Positions 11,008 to 22,965 of a stretch of 64,000 nt of DNA are shown in pieces (positions within the stretch are counted from its first letter, which is position 1; each line of letters opens with the position of its first letter). Source of the DNA: Eledone cirrhosa (lineage: Eukaryota); contig OZ024740.1 of assembly GCA_964016885.1 (NCBI GenBank), forward strand, positions 59,024,001-59,088,000, written 5' to 3'. Both the position numbers and the translations under genes were made by a program. The notes beneath the pieces were generated by a model. The model ran no database searches. It was not told where the DNA came from and saw only the letters and a list, made by a program, of their open reading frames with translations.

Positions 11008-11690
11008 TAGGCAGTATTGGTTGAGCGTCAGACACCATGCTTTGCTGCATAGAGTTATGTCCCTTTACGTTCTGAGTTCAAATCCTGCTGAGGTTAGCTT
11101 TGCCTTTCATCATTATGGGGTTGATAAAATAAAGCACCAGTAATTTATTGGGGGCGATTTAATCGACTTTTGCCCCCAAATTTCTGGCCTTGTGCCTATA
11201 GTAGAAATCATTATTCGTATTGCTGGGATGGTGTATTGGCAGTATCAGTAGAGCATCAGACAACTAGCTTCACAGCATATAGTTACATCCCTTAAGGGAT
11301 CGATAAAATGGAGTACCAGTAACACACTGGGATTGATCTAATCGATTTTCCTCTTCCTTTTAAATTGCTGGCCTTGTGCCAAAAATAGAAACAATTTGGG
11401 GTGGGCAAGTCGGTGTAATCAGCTAGAACACTTATTACAAATATTAGAAAGAATTATTGGTATTGTTGTTCTCATTATTATTACATGGTGGATTGGCAGT
11501 ATCGGTAGAGGGTCGGACGCCATGCTTTGCAGCATAGAGTTACGACCCTTTGTGATCTGAGTGAAAATCCTGCTGAGGTTAATTTTGCCTTTCATACTTA
11601 CGGGATCGATAAAATAAAGTACCAGTAATGCACTGGGGTCGATTTAATCGACTTTCCCTTCCCCAAAAATTGATGGCCTTATGCCAATAT
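11008..11690 (+). mobile_element. Three head-to-tail copies of the second SINE family
   Basis: Units start at ~11010, ~11226 and ~11485. Each has GGCAGTAT...GAGC(G/A)TC(A/G)GAC-like heads, ...GATAAAAT..AGTACCAGTAA..(C)ACTGGG..GAT(T/C)TAATCGA... and TGGCCTT(G/A)TGCC 3' parts. Confidence 0.8.
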
Positions 11691-11699
11691 AAAAAATTT

Positions 11700-11905
11700 G
11701 TTGATCGACTTTCGTCAAATCGGACCGAGGAAACAATGTTTCCATTGGTCTCTCCAATTGCTAATACTATCTATCAGTCGCAACTCCAGGTAGAAGGAGC
11801 AATGTGAAATAAAGTGTCTTGCTCAAGGACATAACACATCACCCAGTCCAGGAATCGAACCGACAACCTCGCGATTACGAATCCAGTTCTCTAACCAATC
11901 AGTCA
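11700..11905 (-). mobile_element. tRNA-derived SINE (21780 family)
   Basis: GGAGCAATGTGAAATAAAGTGTCTTGCTCAAGGA...GGAATCGAACC (B box reverse complement)...CTCTAACCA. Confidence 0.75.
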
Positions 11906-12135
11906 TTACATGGTGGATTGGTCGAGTTGATAGAGCATCGGAAAATGTTTAGCAGTATTTGTTCTGGCTCTTTCTTTTCTTAATCCAATCCCACTCAGGT
12001 CAACTTTGTCTTTCATCCCTCTGTGGTCAATAAAATTAAGTACCAGTCAAATACTGGGGTTGATATAATCAACTTCCACTTCTCTACCAAAATTGCTGGC
12101 CTTGTGTCAAAATTAGAAACCATTGTATTTATTGT
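11906..12135 (+). mobile_element. Second-family SINE copy
   Basis: TGGTGGATTGG...AGGTCAACTTTGTCTTTCATCCC...AAGTACCAGTC...TGCTGGCCTTGTGTCAAAATTAGAAAC. Confidence 0.75.
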
Positions 12136-12164
12136 TATAAAAACTCACATTTGTGTATCTGAGC

Positions 12165-12272
12165 ATGTGGGTGTGTGTCTGTGTGTGTGTGTGTTGTGTG
12201 TGTGTCTCTCTGTATGTGTCTGTGTCTGTGTGTGTGTAAGTGTGTTTGTGTGTGCTTGCATGTGTGTTTGTG
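12165..12272. repeat. Degenerate (TG)n microsatellite
   Basis: TG/TC-rich tract. Confidence 0.85.
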
Positions 12273-13449
12273 TAAGTATTATATGTGCTTCAGCTTTTTC
12301 ATTTCACATTGACAAAAGAATGAATTCTGTTTGAAATGCATCAACCCAGTCACTTCTTTAGAATATTTAGAACAGATAGATTCGATATAGAATAATGGAT
12401 AAATATTCAACTTTACAACCACCATACTTCCAATTGTGCTTTTTTTAGTTTAATTGGACAGAAAGGCCAAGAGGATAGCAAACATAAATAGGTATAAAAT
12501 GATATCAAAATATCTCCACATTGAGTGGATCAATAGAGAAGGAAGGAAGGAATAGTGAATGTGGTGTTGATGTAACTCTATATCAGCTTCCATTGATCTA
12601 CCTTTATATCGGCAGCAACTAGCTGTAAGGTATAATGGTATAATGCTAAAGCCACATAAATAACAAACTCTGTCAGAAAACAAATGTATTTCGTAGAACT
12701 AGCAGGCATAGTTGTACTTCCTATTGAGAGAATAAGAGGCACTTCTTGAAAAATTAAATAAATACTTGATGTGCTGCATATAACACTCTCTTTGTAGTAA
12801 CGATATAAGGAAAATTGCTTGTTGCTGGGTAGCCCTTCAGCTATGGTCAGGAGAATCTGTAGGAAGTTTTCCTAACTGTAGTCTATTCCTTCAGTTAGTG
12901 TAATATTAGAAAAGCTATACTCAATGTTTCATTTTCTCAAAGTAAAAGAAAAAGAAACATTTTGATAAATTGCTCTTGTAGAATAAGAAAAGTTTTTCTA
13001 TTTTCTAATATTTGTTTTTATTTTTTTACATGTGTTTATTTACAGTTAAGTACTATTGTATTGTCATTGGTATACTGGAAGGTAGGAAGAAGACACGGTT
13101 ATTTAGAGAAAGCTATAATGAAATGAAAGATTCTGATATCTGTTTGTGATAGAAGTGGATTGGGCCACATACTGTGGAGTTGAGAGCTTTGATGAGACAA
13201 CTGATCCTGATAGGAATCCAGAATTGCTAAAAAGAGATTTCCATTGATGCTCCATCTATAGTAATTTAAGATTTGTAGTAATAGTGAAATAATACTTCTG
13301 TAACGGGGTATAATTAGACTGGAACATGCCCATCCAATGCTGTGTCTGAACTGGCAAAGATCAAACTTACTCTCTATTGCATTCTATTTTTGATTTTGAT
13401 TTTTTTAATTTGTAGGTAGGAGGAAAGGATAGTGCCCATGGTTTTCACA

Positions 13450-15030
13450 GGGCCTTAAAGACTAGTGAGATTGATGCTTTGTTTAAATTGTTGCAAATCA
13501 TTCCTTTGGGAAATACATTAGTAGGGAGGGAGTCCCAGAGGGCTGACATTCTTGGCAAGAAGAGTATAGTGGTTAATGCATAGCATAGGATGGGAAACAA
13601 CAAGGGTAATAAGAGGAGAAGAAACAAATGCAGTGGGTGTACCTGAGGGGAAGTAGCATGAGTTCTGCAAGCTCCAAAGCACAGAGGCAATTGTAGTAAT
13701 GGTTGAAGATGCAGAGGGAGGAGACAACACATCTGTTGGCCAGAAGGTGGAGAGTGTCTGACAATGACTTTCAACTGATTAGTCATGGCTTCTTTTGTGG
13801 GTACAGTCTAGGATGCCAGTCTGAGCACTGTCTCAGATGTTGGAGTATTACTCCATTGTGAATCGCACTTGAGACATGTAGAGGGTCATTAGTTGCTGAG
13901 GACTAAAGTATTTTCTGTTTCTGATTAGAAGAGTCAGTCATTGGGATGTGGTGGTTCTAGCTATGTTGAAGACATGTACTCTTCATGAGAGAGCCTCAGC
14001 GAATGTGAGGTCTCGCAGGACTCAAGTTGTGCAGTATTTATGCTTAATGAGAATGAGGTATGATAATGTTTACTTGAGGCAAGCAGTACTTGTGTATTTT
14101 GCTGTTCATATAGACAAGATTGGCATGAACCCGTTAAAGAATGCTTTCCAGGTCTCTGTTCATTGAATCGGTGTAGGCTTGGTGTGAGATGTTCAGATTA
14201 TATGTTGATAACACTTGGTTCAATAAGGTTATGGGTGAATCAAGGGTGGTATCATCTGTATATCAATGGGCATTGTTTGAACACCAGAGTTGATAGAGTG
14301 TGGGACAGAGAGAGGATATCATCACAAGCCCCTATAGTGGGATCTGATAGTAAACTACTGATCAAAGAGATAACAGATTGATGGAGGTAACATGTAGGCA
14401 GTTTTGAGACAAAATTTGTGTACCAAACATGGTTATAAGTTTTGTTGATGTTGAGGGAAACAACATTACTTTCACCAAATTATTGTAATACAATAGCCCA
14501 TTGGTGAGTAACATAGGAGAATAGGCCATCAGTTGAACTGGATAGAAATGACAAAAGAAAGAATTTGAGAGACACTATATTTGAATGAACTTGTCTAAAT
14601 ATGCAAACATAGAAAGAATGCACATAAAATTTATGATATTGATGCTGATAAAGAATGTTATTGTTAACAGCTCCATAACCTTTAAGATATTGGAAGTGAG
14701 TGCAAAAGGACACTAGATGGCAGGGACAGGGATTTCATTCCTTGGGAATAATATACATTTTAGGGAGAGAGAGATTGAAAATTTTGGTGAGTATAGAAGT
14801 TAGTTCTAGGGAACATTGAAGGTGACCTTTCTGGTTTGAAGCAATTGGAGATAATTTTGCACTTGATGTGTATATATGCAAGGTGGAGAGTTGTATAAAA
14901 TGAAGGGGTGGGTAGAGACATGAGTTTTGCAAGCTCCAAAGAGCAGAAACCATTGCAGTACTGATAGAAGTGGTTACATTATAGGATTGCTGAGCAAGAA
15001 TCAGTGGAAAAGCAGGCACAAAACAGTGGG
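13450..15030 (-). mobile_element. Decayed non-LTR retrotransposon (CR1/L2/Jockey group) RT, rearranged
   Basis: Minus-strand remnants: CSLELTSILTKIFNLSL (~14.8 kb), SINSGV and YTDDTT (YADD motif, ~14.26 kb), MNRDLESIL..ANLV, RNRKYFSPQQLMTLYMSQVR, and LPRMSALWDSLPTNVFP at the 3' end. It has many stops and deletions. A second copy of the C-terminal piece lies at ~14.9-15.0 kb. Confidence 0.75.
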
Positions 15031-15297
15031 AGAGGAGAGAGTGGGGAAAGAAAGCTTTAGTTACTTTCGCATAAGCAGAGAAAATGTTTCTTTGGCATGT
15101 ATATATGTGAAAATGTTTACATATAAATAAATAAATTATAGACTATACAAATTGCTAGAACAACAATATTCCTCCCTCGGGGATTTTAGGTAGCATGTGT
15201 TTGGTTCTGAGATTGTTTAATATGTCATAAATTCTCCTGACATGGTCAATTTTGTCTACTTTGGAAATAAAAAAGTAAAGCATCAAATTATTCAATA

Positions 15298-15500
15298 TCA
15301 TCATCATCATCATCATCATCGTTTAACGTTCATTTTCCACGCTAGCATGGGTCTGGACAGGAATTGTCCCACTTGAGGCAAGATTGGTTGTCTTGCTCAG
15401 GACTGTCTGGCGGGTTTTCTACGGCTGGATGCCCTTCCTAACACCAACCACGTTTACAGTGTGGACTGGGAGGTTTTTACCGTGTTACCTACATGGCCAC
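15298..15500 (-). mobile_element. SINE 3' portion with RTE-like tail
   Basis: (CAT)n CGTTTAACGTTCATTTTCCACGCTAGCATGGGT...TTTCTACGGCTGGATGCCCTTCCTAACACCAACCAC. Confidence 0.75.
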
Positions 15501-16584
15501 ATTACAGCATGGACTGTGTGTTTTTTTTGTTGTAACACCTACACGACCTCATTTATTTAGGACTGGATGTTGTGGTACCAACATAGCTTTACATCGAAAG
15601 GGGTGGTGTAGATGGCGGTGGGGGTAGGGTTGGGACGGCGGTGTATTTTGGTTAAGAGGTGCCTACTGACTGTAGGTTTCGCTTTGTACTTAGGCAAGGC
15701 GGGTCTTCTGTATTACTACGTAGCGCCAAAGATCTCGGTCCAGTGACATTGTCTTGGAGAGGTGTAAGTGTGTGAGGTCGGATTTTATCACTGTAATAAC
15801 TGTTTCTTGGGAAATCCACCTTGTTTGTGCAAGTTTAGCAATTTTATTGTAAGTTGTCACAACCACTTCTTGAATAAATGCAAAGTCCTGCAGTAAGGAA
15901 ACTAGGATGTTTAAAATAGCCTCAAATATGAAGCCAATGTACTGACTGTGACTAACATAGAGAGAAAAATAATGACAAATTCCATTATAAAAACAGAAGG
16001 CAAATCATCTTTTGATAATTTTTTCTAGAACCTACTCTTGGTATCCAACATGGAAAACCAATTATTATTTATTACCAAATTCCCTAGTGCGGATGCTATG
16101 AGAAAATACAATCTGTAGGGTGTGGAAATGTATGTAAAAAAATGTAAGATCATCAGAGAAGTCAATGGCTCTGTTTGAATACTGACTCACACACTGTGAA
16201 GATTTGTCCAACCCATTCTAAAGGGGAAGATCAATGTTAAATGATGATAATGATGGCGATGATTAATTCATTAAATTTCTTTCTAAAATAATGTCAAAAG
16301 TTGAGCAATATTCCACTATTACACAGCCTGTGTTCATTAAGTTCATTCAAATTTCATTAACTGAAGCTGACTTTCTTTATAATAATTTAGTTTTTAGTCT
16401 TATGATATAATCTAGACATAATTTGTTTTCAAATTAGATAATAATATGCACTCAATGATGAAGTCATCTATTTTTTAGGAATACTTTCTATGTCAGCAAA
16501 GTACATTTAGCAATAATCACCATACACTTTTGAAACATTATTGTGTTAAATATAATAATGTGAACCATGTGTAACCCTGTTACT

Positions 16585-16705
16585 ATAGGGGTTAGTGTCA
16601 AGAAGGGCATCTGGCTGTAAAACATTACTTCTTATAGTCTTTTCCAACCACTGTCAACATGAAAAAGTCGACATAAAAAAAGATGATGCTGAGGATGATG
16701 ATGGT
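16585..16705 (+). mobile_element. SINE 3' portion
   Basis: GGTTAGTGTCAAGAAGGGCATCTGGCTGTAAAA...CATGAAAAAGTCGACATAAAA...GATGATG. Confidence 0.65.
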
Positions 16706-17863
16706 CATTGTTTTTATTGTATTTTGTTATTCTGGCTTCTGTCTGTAGTTTCTTTTGAGCTTACAGCTGTAATAAGAATGATGACCATATCTAATTTTCA
16801 CTCCTGAAAATTGAAATCTTCATCTCATCATTAAAGAAGCACTCTTTATTTTTCTTAATTTCTGTTGTTAAATACATATATACTTTAGGAACCAAAATGG
16901 TATTTTGTGAACAAGTCAAATACAAGTATGGATGCCTCATTATAGATACATACATGTACACAGCATATTATCATTAAGGCTAATTAAAATATCTGCCGCA
17001 GGATTAATTATAATTATCTAAATCTCTGGAGTGGCTTCCCTTGCCTCTTTTGTTTAAAGTTAGTCGTTAAGATAATGATCAATTCCTCTCACTACAGGTG
17101 TAATTTTAATTAGTTAAAATTTCTTGGTTCACTAAGTATGTTAGTACCAACTTTACTGTACATAGAGAGGTCCAACTATTAAGTGTACAAGTTAGGTTAA
17201 ACTAACAGATAGTTTAACTTGAAAATTCTTATGACATACTCAGTCAAATGCTTGTTGATGTAGAATATAATGATACTATAGTTGAAATCTGAGACAAGTA
17301 TTCTGAGCAAGGGCAAGATTTAAAAGGAGTTTGGTTGTTTTTGTTGTTTAATCCTAGATCAGTCCTGATGAGCAGAGCTGTGATTAAGAGCATTCCAGGC
17401 AGTTCCAAATTTAAACTTGCTGAAGTACCAAGCCTAGAGGTCTCTTGTTAAAATTTTACACCAGAAGATCTCACAAAAATTTAAAACATATATACCTTTT
17501 AATTATTTTGAAACTCCTGTAGATTGTGAGGTACTAAACTGTAACTTGTTTAGCTTATTCCTAAATCTGAAGTGATTCCAACCATGGCTATCCTGTTCTT
17601 CTCTCAAGTATTATATATTAGGGACTGCATTATCCAATGTACTTACTCTTTTTCTTAAATAGTCATGTGTAAACTGAAGAAAATTTGGCTGCTATTTCTT
17701 GCATATCAGTGATCATATGTTAAGGAAGCAAGGGAAAAATTTATGGGCAAGGAAATATGGCTGAGTTAATGTTAGGAATTCTGATGGCATAATTTTCAAG
17801 GTTCAAAGAGAGTTTGAAATGTGTTGAAAAAGAAACCGGAATTTGCTGTTTATATTATGATCT

Positions 17864-18336
17864 CATCGCCTGGTTTAACACTACCACCTGGTTTTTGGAT
17901 GTCTTAAGCAGAGGTTACTCTTGCAAACACTCAAGCCAAGTCTCCGGTCTGAAGATAACTTTCTCCCTTCCTTCCACCTGTCTTAGAGGTCCTGAAAAAT
18001 GTCATGAGAATTGCCTTTATTTTTTAACTAAGTTATTTAAATACTGAAGAAGTTGTAATTGGAAACAAAGAAACTATTTCCTTCAAAGCTGTTGATGGTT
18101 CATCTGAGAGGGCAACGTTTATGGACCCTAGTTTTGGGACCTATATTTCTACTGTTTAGTCATGGAGGAAAGAAAAGCACTGATGCCCCTTTATTACTTC
18201 AGTGTCTCTAAGACTGGTTTGGCAATAAGGAAATCATTATCCTCAAACCAAAGACCTGTCTTGAATGTTTACAAGAGAGTAAACTCCACTAAAAATACCT
18301 TAGGTGCCTGGTGGTAGTATTAAACTGGGCAACGGA
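17864..18336. mobile_element. Old foldback/MITE-like element with ~130-bp degenerate inverted arms
   Basis: The reverse complement of 17864-17990 (CTCTAAGACAGG...TTATCTTCAGACC...CTTGAGTGTTTGCAAGAGTAA...GGTGGTAGTGTTAAACCAGGCGA) aligns with 18206-18336 (CTCTAAGACTGG...TTATCCTCAAACC...CTTGAATGTTTACAAGAGAGTAA...GGTGGTAGTATTAAACTGGGCAA). Confidence 0.65.
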
Positions 18337-18340
18337 TTAA

Positions 18341-18640
18341 CCCTTTTGATACCAGTGCAACCAAAACTGGCTCTTGTTCTGTCAAATTAAATCATTTCTT
18401 TTAAAGATTTCCTATTTAAATTAAAACCTCCCAACATAATTTTATATAAAAACCTTTTTTTTTAAGTTGTATTATGAATACTATCTTATTTCTAATTTAG
18501 GCAAACATTCAACAATCTATGTCAATTACACTGACCTTTGAAGAATGCAAGGCAAATAAATCTTAATAAATCCCTTCAAAATCTTCAATAACTAATTGAA
18601 ATACAGTGTCCATCATAAGAAATACGGTAACAAAAATATT
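18341..18640. mobile_element. Possible second piggyBac-type MITE family (decayed)
   Basis: TTAA|CCCTTTTGATACC at the left end and a degenerate complement GGTAACAAAA at ~18626. Confidence 0.4.
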
Positions 18641-19319
18641 GTCCACCTTCAGAAACAAAGAGGCAGAACAAATACTTCAAAGTGTCTTGTTGAATGCTCT
18701 GATAATTCCTTCAGTTCACTGCTCTAGATTTGTACTTTATTTTATCAATCCTGAATGAATGAAAAGCAAAGTTGAACTTTGTGGAAGATGAACTATGAGT
18801 GCAAGGAGCTGGAACAAATATGCAAGATATTTGTCCTACATTGAAACCACTTTGCCAATTTACTCCCTTGTATATATAAAATAGAAAGACATTTCAAGGA
18901 TAATAGTATTTCTTACAGGCTTGACATTCTATGAAATATTATTCAAGTGTAAAACTATCAGGGGTAATTAGCACAGAATGTACTACATATTTATAAATTT
19001 CATGATTTGTAACATTGATATGATCGCAGATATTGTGACAAGAGAACACACAATTACATTTTTCTCAGATCATACATATATGCGTGTGTATGAGTTGTAC
19101 CTGTAATTCAAGAGACCAGCTTTGTCACACATATTGTCTTGCGGATCCTCTCTGAAAACTATTTTAAGTGTGCATATTAATGTCCAAAGCTCGCAGTTCA
19201 GTTTGTTGAATCAACTAGAACACTTGTCATCAGAAACAACTGAGTCCTACAACAACATATATATATTTATGTATGTATATGTATATACATACATATATTC
19301 TTTTTTGATGGTCCTTAAG

Positions 19320-20140
19320 GAAATTAGGTGTAAAAAAATGGCTTGTGAGAGCAGTGCAAGCTATGTACAAGAGAGCTGTCAGTAAAGTGAGAGTAGGAAA
19401 TGAATTTAGTGAGGAATCAAGGTACAGGTAGGAGTTCATCAAGGTTGAGTTCTTAGCCCACTGCTTTTCATGATAATTCCAATCACAGGAAGGATCCATA
19501 GATGTGGTTAATAGCTTCTACTATCTAGGCAACTTAATTAGCAGTAGAGGAGGGTGCGTCAAGAGTATAATAGCTACAATAAGGATAGGACTGAAGAAGT
19601 TTAGAGAACTTCTCCCACTGTTGACAACAAAAGGTTTCTCCCTATGTACAAAAAGAAGGCTGTATGACACCTGTGTGTGTGATGTACAATGCTGCATGGT
19701 AGTGAAACATGGGCTGTGACTGCAGAGGACATGTTGTGCTGCATGGTAGTGAAACATTGGCTGTGATTGCAGAGGACATGCATAGACTGGAGAGAAATGA
19801 AGCAGCCATGCTTTGTTGGATGTGAAATGTAAGTGTGAGAGGCAGAGCTTAGACAAGCTGAAGGAGAAGCAGGGTTTAAGAGGAATCTGAGATGATGTGC
19901 AGGAGAGAAGACTGTGTTGGTATGGACATGTGATGTGCATGGATGATGACTGATGGGTGAAGAAGTGCTAGAAATTCCCAGTGGAAGGAAGCCACCATAG
20001 AGGACAACCAAGGAAGACCTGGGCAAAGGTTGTGAGACTGGCAGAGGAGATGACGAAGGAACGTGACAAGTGGAGAGATGCCTTGCTGAGAAGGACCCCT
20101 GCAACCCATACAAGTATGGAAAAACGGATGTAAAAATGAT
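19320..20140 (+). mobile_element. 5'-truncated, internally deleted RTE-clade LINE
   Basis: VQVGVHQG*VLSPLLF, VVNSFYYLGNLISSRGGC...KKFRELLPLL, LHGSETWAVTAEDM (tandemly duplicated at ~19693/19740), RLCWYGHVMCM and RGQPRKTW. The 3' tail is AACCCATACAAGTATGGAAAAACGGATGTAAAAATGATG. Confidence 0.85.
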
Positions 20141-20318
20141 GGGAGCCCCTACACGGACACACTAGAAGATGGAGACCGAGGTTGGCATGTTGATGCCCTA
20201 ATGTCAGACACAGATCTCTTGGAGATGCAGGGTATGACAGCGATGACGAGGAACAGAGACCACTGGAGAGACTCGTCCATGGATCTCAAGAATTTTACCT
20301 GCCCTAGATAGATAGATA
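20141..20318 (+). mobile_element. Probable 3' end of another RTE-like LINE with (TAGA)n tail
   Basis: RRWRPR...SDTDL...MTAMTRNRDHWR-like C-terminal remnant ending in TAGATAGATAGATA. Confidence 0.4.
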
Positions 20319-20645
20319 TATATATATATCATATGCACAATTTTTTTTTCAAGCAATAAACTAATATATTTCTTCATTGTACTGTGTCATTTGCTTTGTT
20401 ATTTCTGTTCACATTTTACACACACACACACTTATGGGTATGTATGTGTGTGTATATATATATATATATATATACAAGCATGGAAAAATGTGAAATGATA
20501 ATGATGATATCTGACGGATAAAACATAACACCTTTTTGCTTGGATGCCTCTTATATTTAAAGATTCTTATTACAATTTTGGAAATCCTAGATTATTTAGA
20601 TACCAGTACAACCTAACGAATTAAAGACACAGCTCTAAATCAGAG

Positions 20646-20876
<231 letters not shown>

Positions 20877-21722
20877 CTAGCCGAATTACCCACGCCTTGC
20901 TGCGTTTCACACATTTTTTTTTGTAAGAAAATGATGATTGATTTTAAATCAGTGATATAATTTATGGAGAAAAACTCTGCATTTCAATATTACTCAGTGT
21001 AAAATGTAATGCATGAAAAATTGGAAAACATTATTTTTTGTAATCGGTAGAGGGTCGGATGCCATGCTTTGACGCGTAGAGTTACGGCCCTTGCCATTCT
21101 GAGTTCAAATCCCGCCGAGGTTAACTTCGCCTTTCATCCTTACAGGGTCGATAAAATAACGTACCAGTAATGTACTGGGTAATTGCTGGCCTTGTGCCAA
21201 AAGTAGAAACAATTATATTTTGTAATATATCAAATCAAAATGACATTATTAAATCTTATTTTATTTTGTTTCTTGTAAATAATTTTTTTCAAAATATCAA
21301 TTCAAAGCATTTGTGGATAGGCATCATAACTTGTCATTTACCTATGGTTTAAATTTCATATAAATCGAAGGGAAAAAATTTTCAGTGGGGGTTGTGTCTC
21401 CGGGGAACCCTAATAGGGGGTTTAACCTCCATTAGGGTGTCTTAATATTATTGAAATTTGCTGAAATTTTGTGAATAGGTATTATATCTTGTCGTTTACC
21501 TATGGTTTAAATCTCATATAAATCGAAGCGAAAACATTTTCAGCGGGGACTTTGTACCCCCAGGGAACCCTTTGATTAAAATGAAATATACTTATCCAAG
21601 TACCCTGGGCAATGTAGTTTCAGAATATATATGGTTATGGGGGTCTATCTGCAAAACCATAGGAGGAGTTCGTGAACAAACAAACAAACAAACAAACAGA
21701 CAGGAACTACAACTTTATATAT
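20877..21722 (-). mobile_element. Non-autonomous Helitron-like element
   Basis: On the minus strand the 5' end is TATATATAAAGTTGTAG followed by (GTTT)n/(GTCT). The 3' end has a short GC hairpin (ACGC-agcaag-GCGT) then CTAG|T. There is an internal ~158-bp direct repeat (21330 and 21488) and no TIRs. Confidence 0.62.
21045..21211 (+). mobile_element. 5'-truncated second-family SINE nested in the Helitron-like element
   Basis: TTCTGAGTTCAAATCCCGCCGAGGTTAACTTCGCCTTTCATCC...GTACCAGT...TGCTGGCCTTGTGCC. It is flanked by a 15-bp TSD, ATTATTTTTTGTAAT (21030-21044) and ATTATATTTTGTAAT (21212-21226). Confidence 0.82.
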
Positions 21723-21779
21723 ACACATATATATAGATATATACATATTCTCGTATAACTTTATTTGATATACACAATG

Positions 21780-22112
21780 AGGCACATGGTTTAGTGGTTA
21801 GAGCATTGGCCTTGCAATTGAAAGGTTGTGAGTTCAATTCTCTGACCGGGTGATGTGTTGTTTCCTTGAGCAAGACACTTTATTTCACATTGCTCCAGTT
21901 TACTCAGCTGTAGAAATGAGATGATAGGGACTGGGGTCCCTATCATTCCACTGCAAAGTGGTCGTGGAGGTGCCACGGCAAAAAACCACCCAGCACTCAC
22001 TGTAAATGAGGTTGGTGTTAGGAAGGGCATCCAACTGTAGAAATCAAGCCAGAATCAGTTCCCGTCCCACCCTTGCAAGCAGGGAAAAAGCGGACTTAAA
22101 ATGAAATGAATG
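21780..22112 (+). mobile_element. Near full-length tRNA-derived SINE with RTE-like tail
   Basis: A box TGGTTTAGTGG, B box GAGTTCAATTC, central TCCTTGAGCAAGACACTTTATTTCACATTGCTCCAG, then GTTGGTGTTAGGAAGGGCATCC and a GGAAAAAGCGGACTTAAAATGAAATGAATGA tail. Confidence 0.82.
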
Positions 22113-22899
22113 ACCAACCACTCACATATACAATGCTATTACACCCAGGTATTCATACATTCCATCACTATCCATAATAGCACTCCTCCAACAATACATA
22201 CATTCATACACACAAAGTATGAATTAGATACAACACACACACTCACATGTCCTTCTTTTTTATCCTCTTCTATTTATGAACCTTATCTTTGTGTGTTACT
22301 TCAACTCTAACATCCGATACATTTAACTTTCCTTTCTCCTATTTCATGCATGAACCTAATAAATCTATTGTTGCTGTATTTCTGTGTTTGTCTTCTTTTT
22401 TAAACTATATGTATATATAAATATTTAGCTCTACGTGTTTATATATACTATTTATATATGTTTTTTTTGTGTGTGTGTTTACTGGACCTTTTTTCTGTTT
22501 CTCAATTGTGATCCTGTCTCTATTTTGTACTTCTGAAGAAGGGCTTAAGCCTAAGCTTAAAAACATACATATATATATATACAAAAAAAAAAAATTTATA
22601 TATATATATATATATATATATGTCGAAGGTGAGTAATATTGTAGAACAATAAAACTATGCATATATCAGATAAGTAGCACTCAACAGTTGGTAGAACTAG
22701 AGTATATATTAAAGAATATTAAAGAATGCAGGTAGATGACCAGTTAGAGTATTGTAACTGGTAGATCTCGAAGTATCATGAGGTAAGCACTCAACATCCT
22801 GAAATATTCCAGATTACATCTGGTGGTCCAGGCACAGTAGATACAGTGAAGAATTAAGTATGCATAATGGGTTTTTACAACAGTTTATTTTGAATTTTT

Positions 22900-22965
22900 C
22901 CATTACAGATGTTTCGACTATATATTGTGTTCATTCCATAGTATTAATCCGGCCTCTTCAGATGG
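22900..22965 (-). ncRNA. Minimal type I hammerhead ribozyme motif (Penelope-type)
   Basis: Minus strand: CCAT-CTGAAGA-GGC...(long stem II insert)...GTC-GAAA-CATCTG-TA-ATGG. Stem I is CCAT/ATGG, the cores are intact and stem III is near-palindromic. Confidence 0.6.

Noticed and set aside
13046-13081. Possible 36-bp exon (TTTACAG|...GAAG|GTAGG)
   Set aside because: The splice-like signals are plausible, but there is no recognisable peptide or partner exons. Such signals are common by chance in AT-rich DNA, so RNA-seq is needed.
17360-17400. Hammerhead at CTGATGAG
   Set aside because: There is no stem II followed by GAAA, and related copies of this repeat read CTGATCAAG.
19521-20162. Minus-strand ORFs of 64-170 aa
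   Set aside because: Antisense shadows of the decayed RTE LINE on the + strand.
21780-21850. tRNA gene
   Set aside because: A and B boxes are present but there is no convincing cloverleaf. The sequence continues into a SINE body with several related copies in the window.
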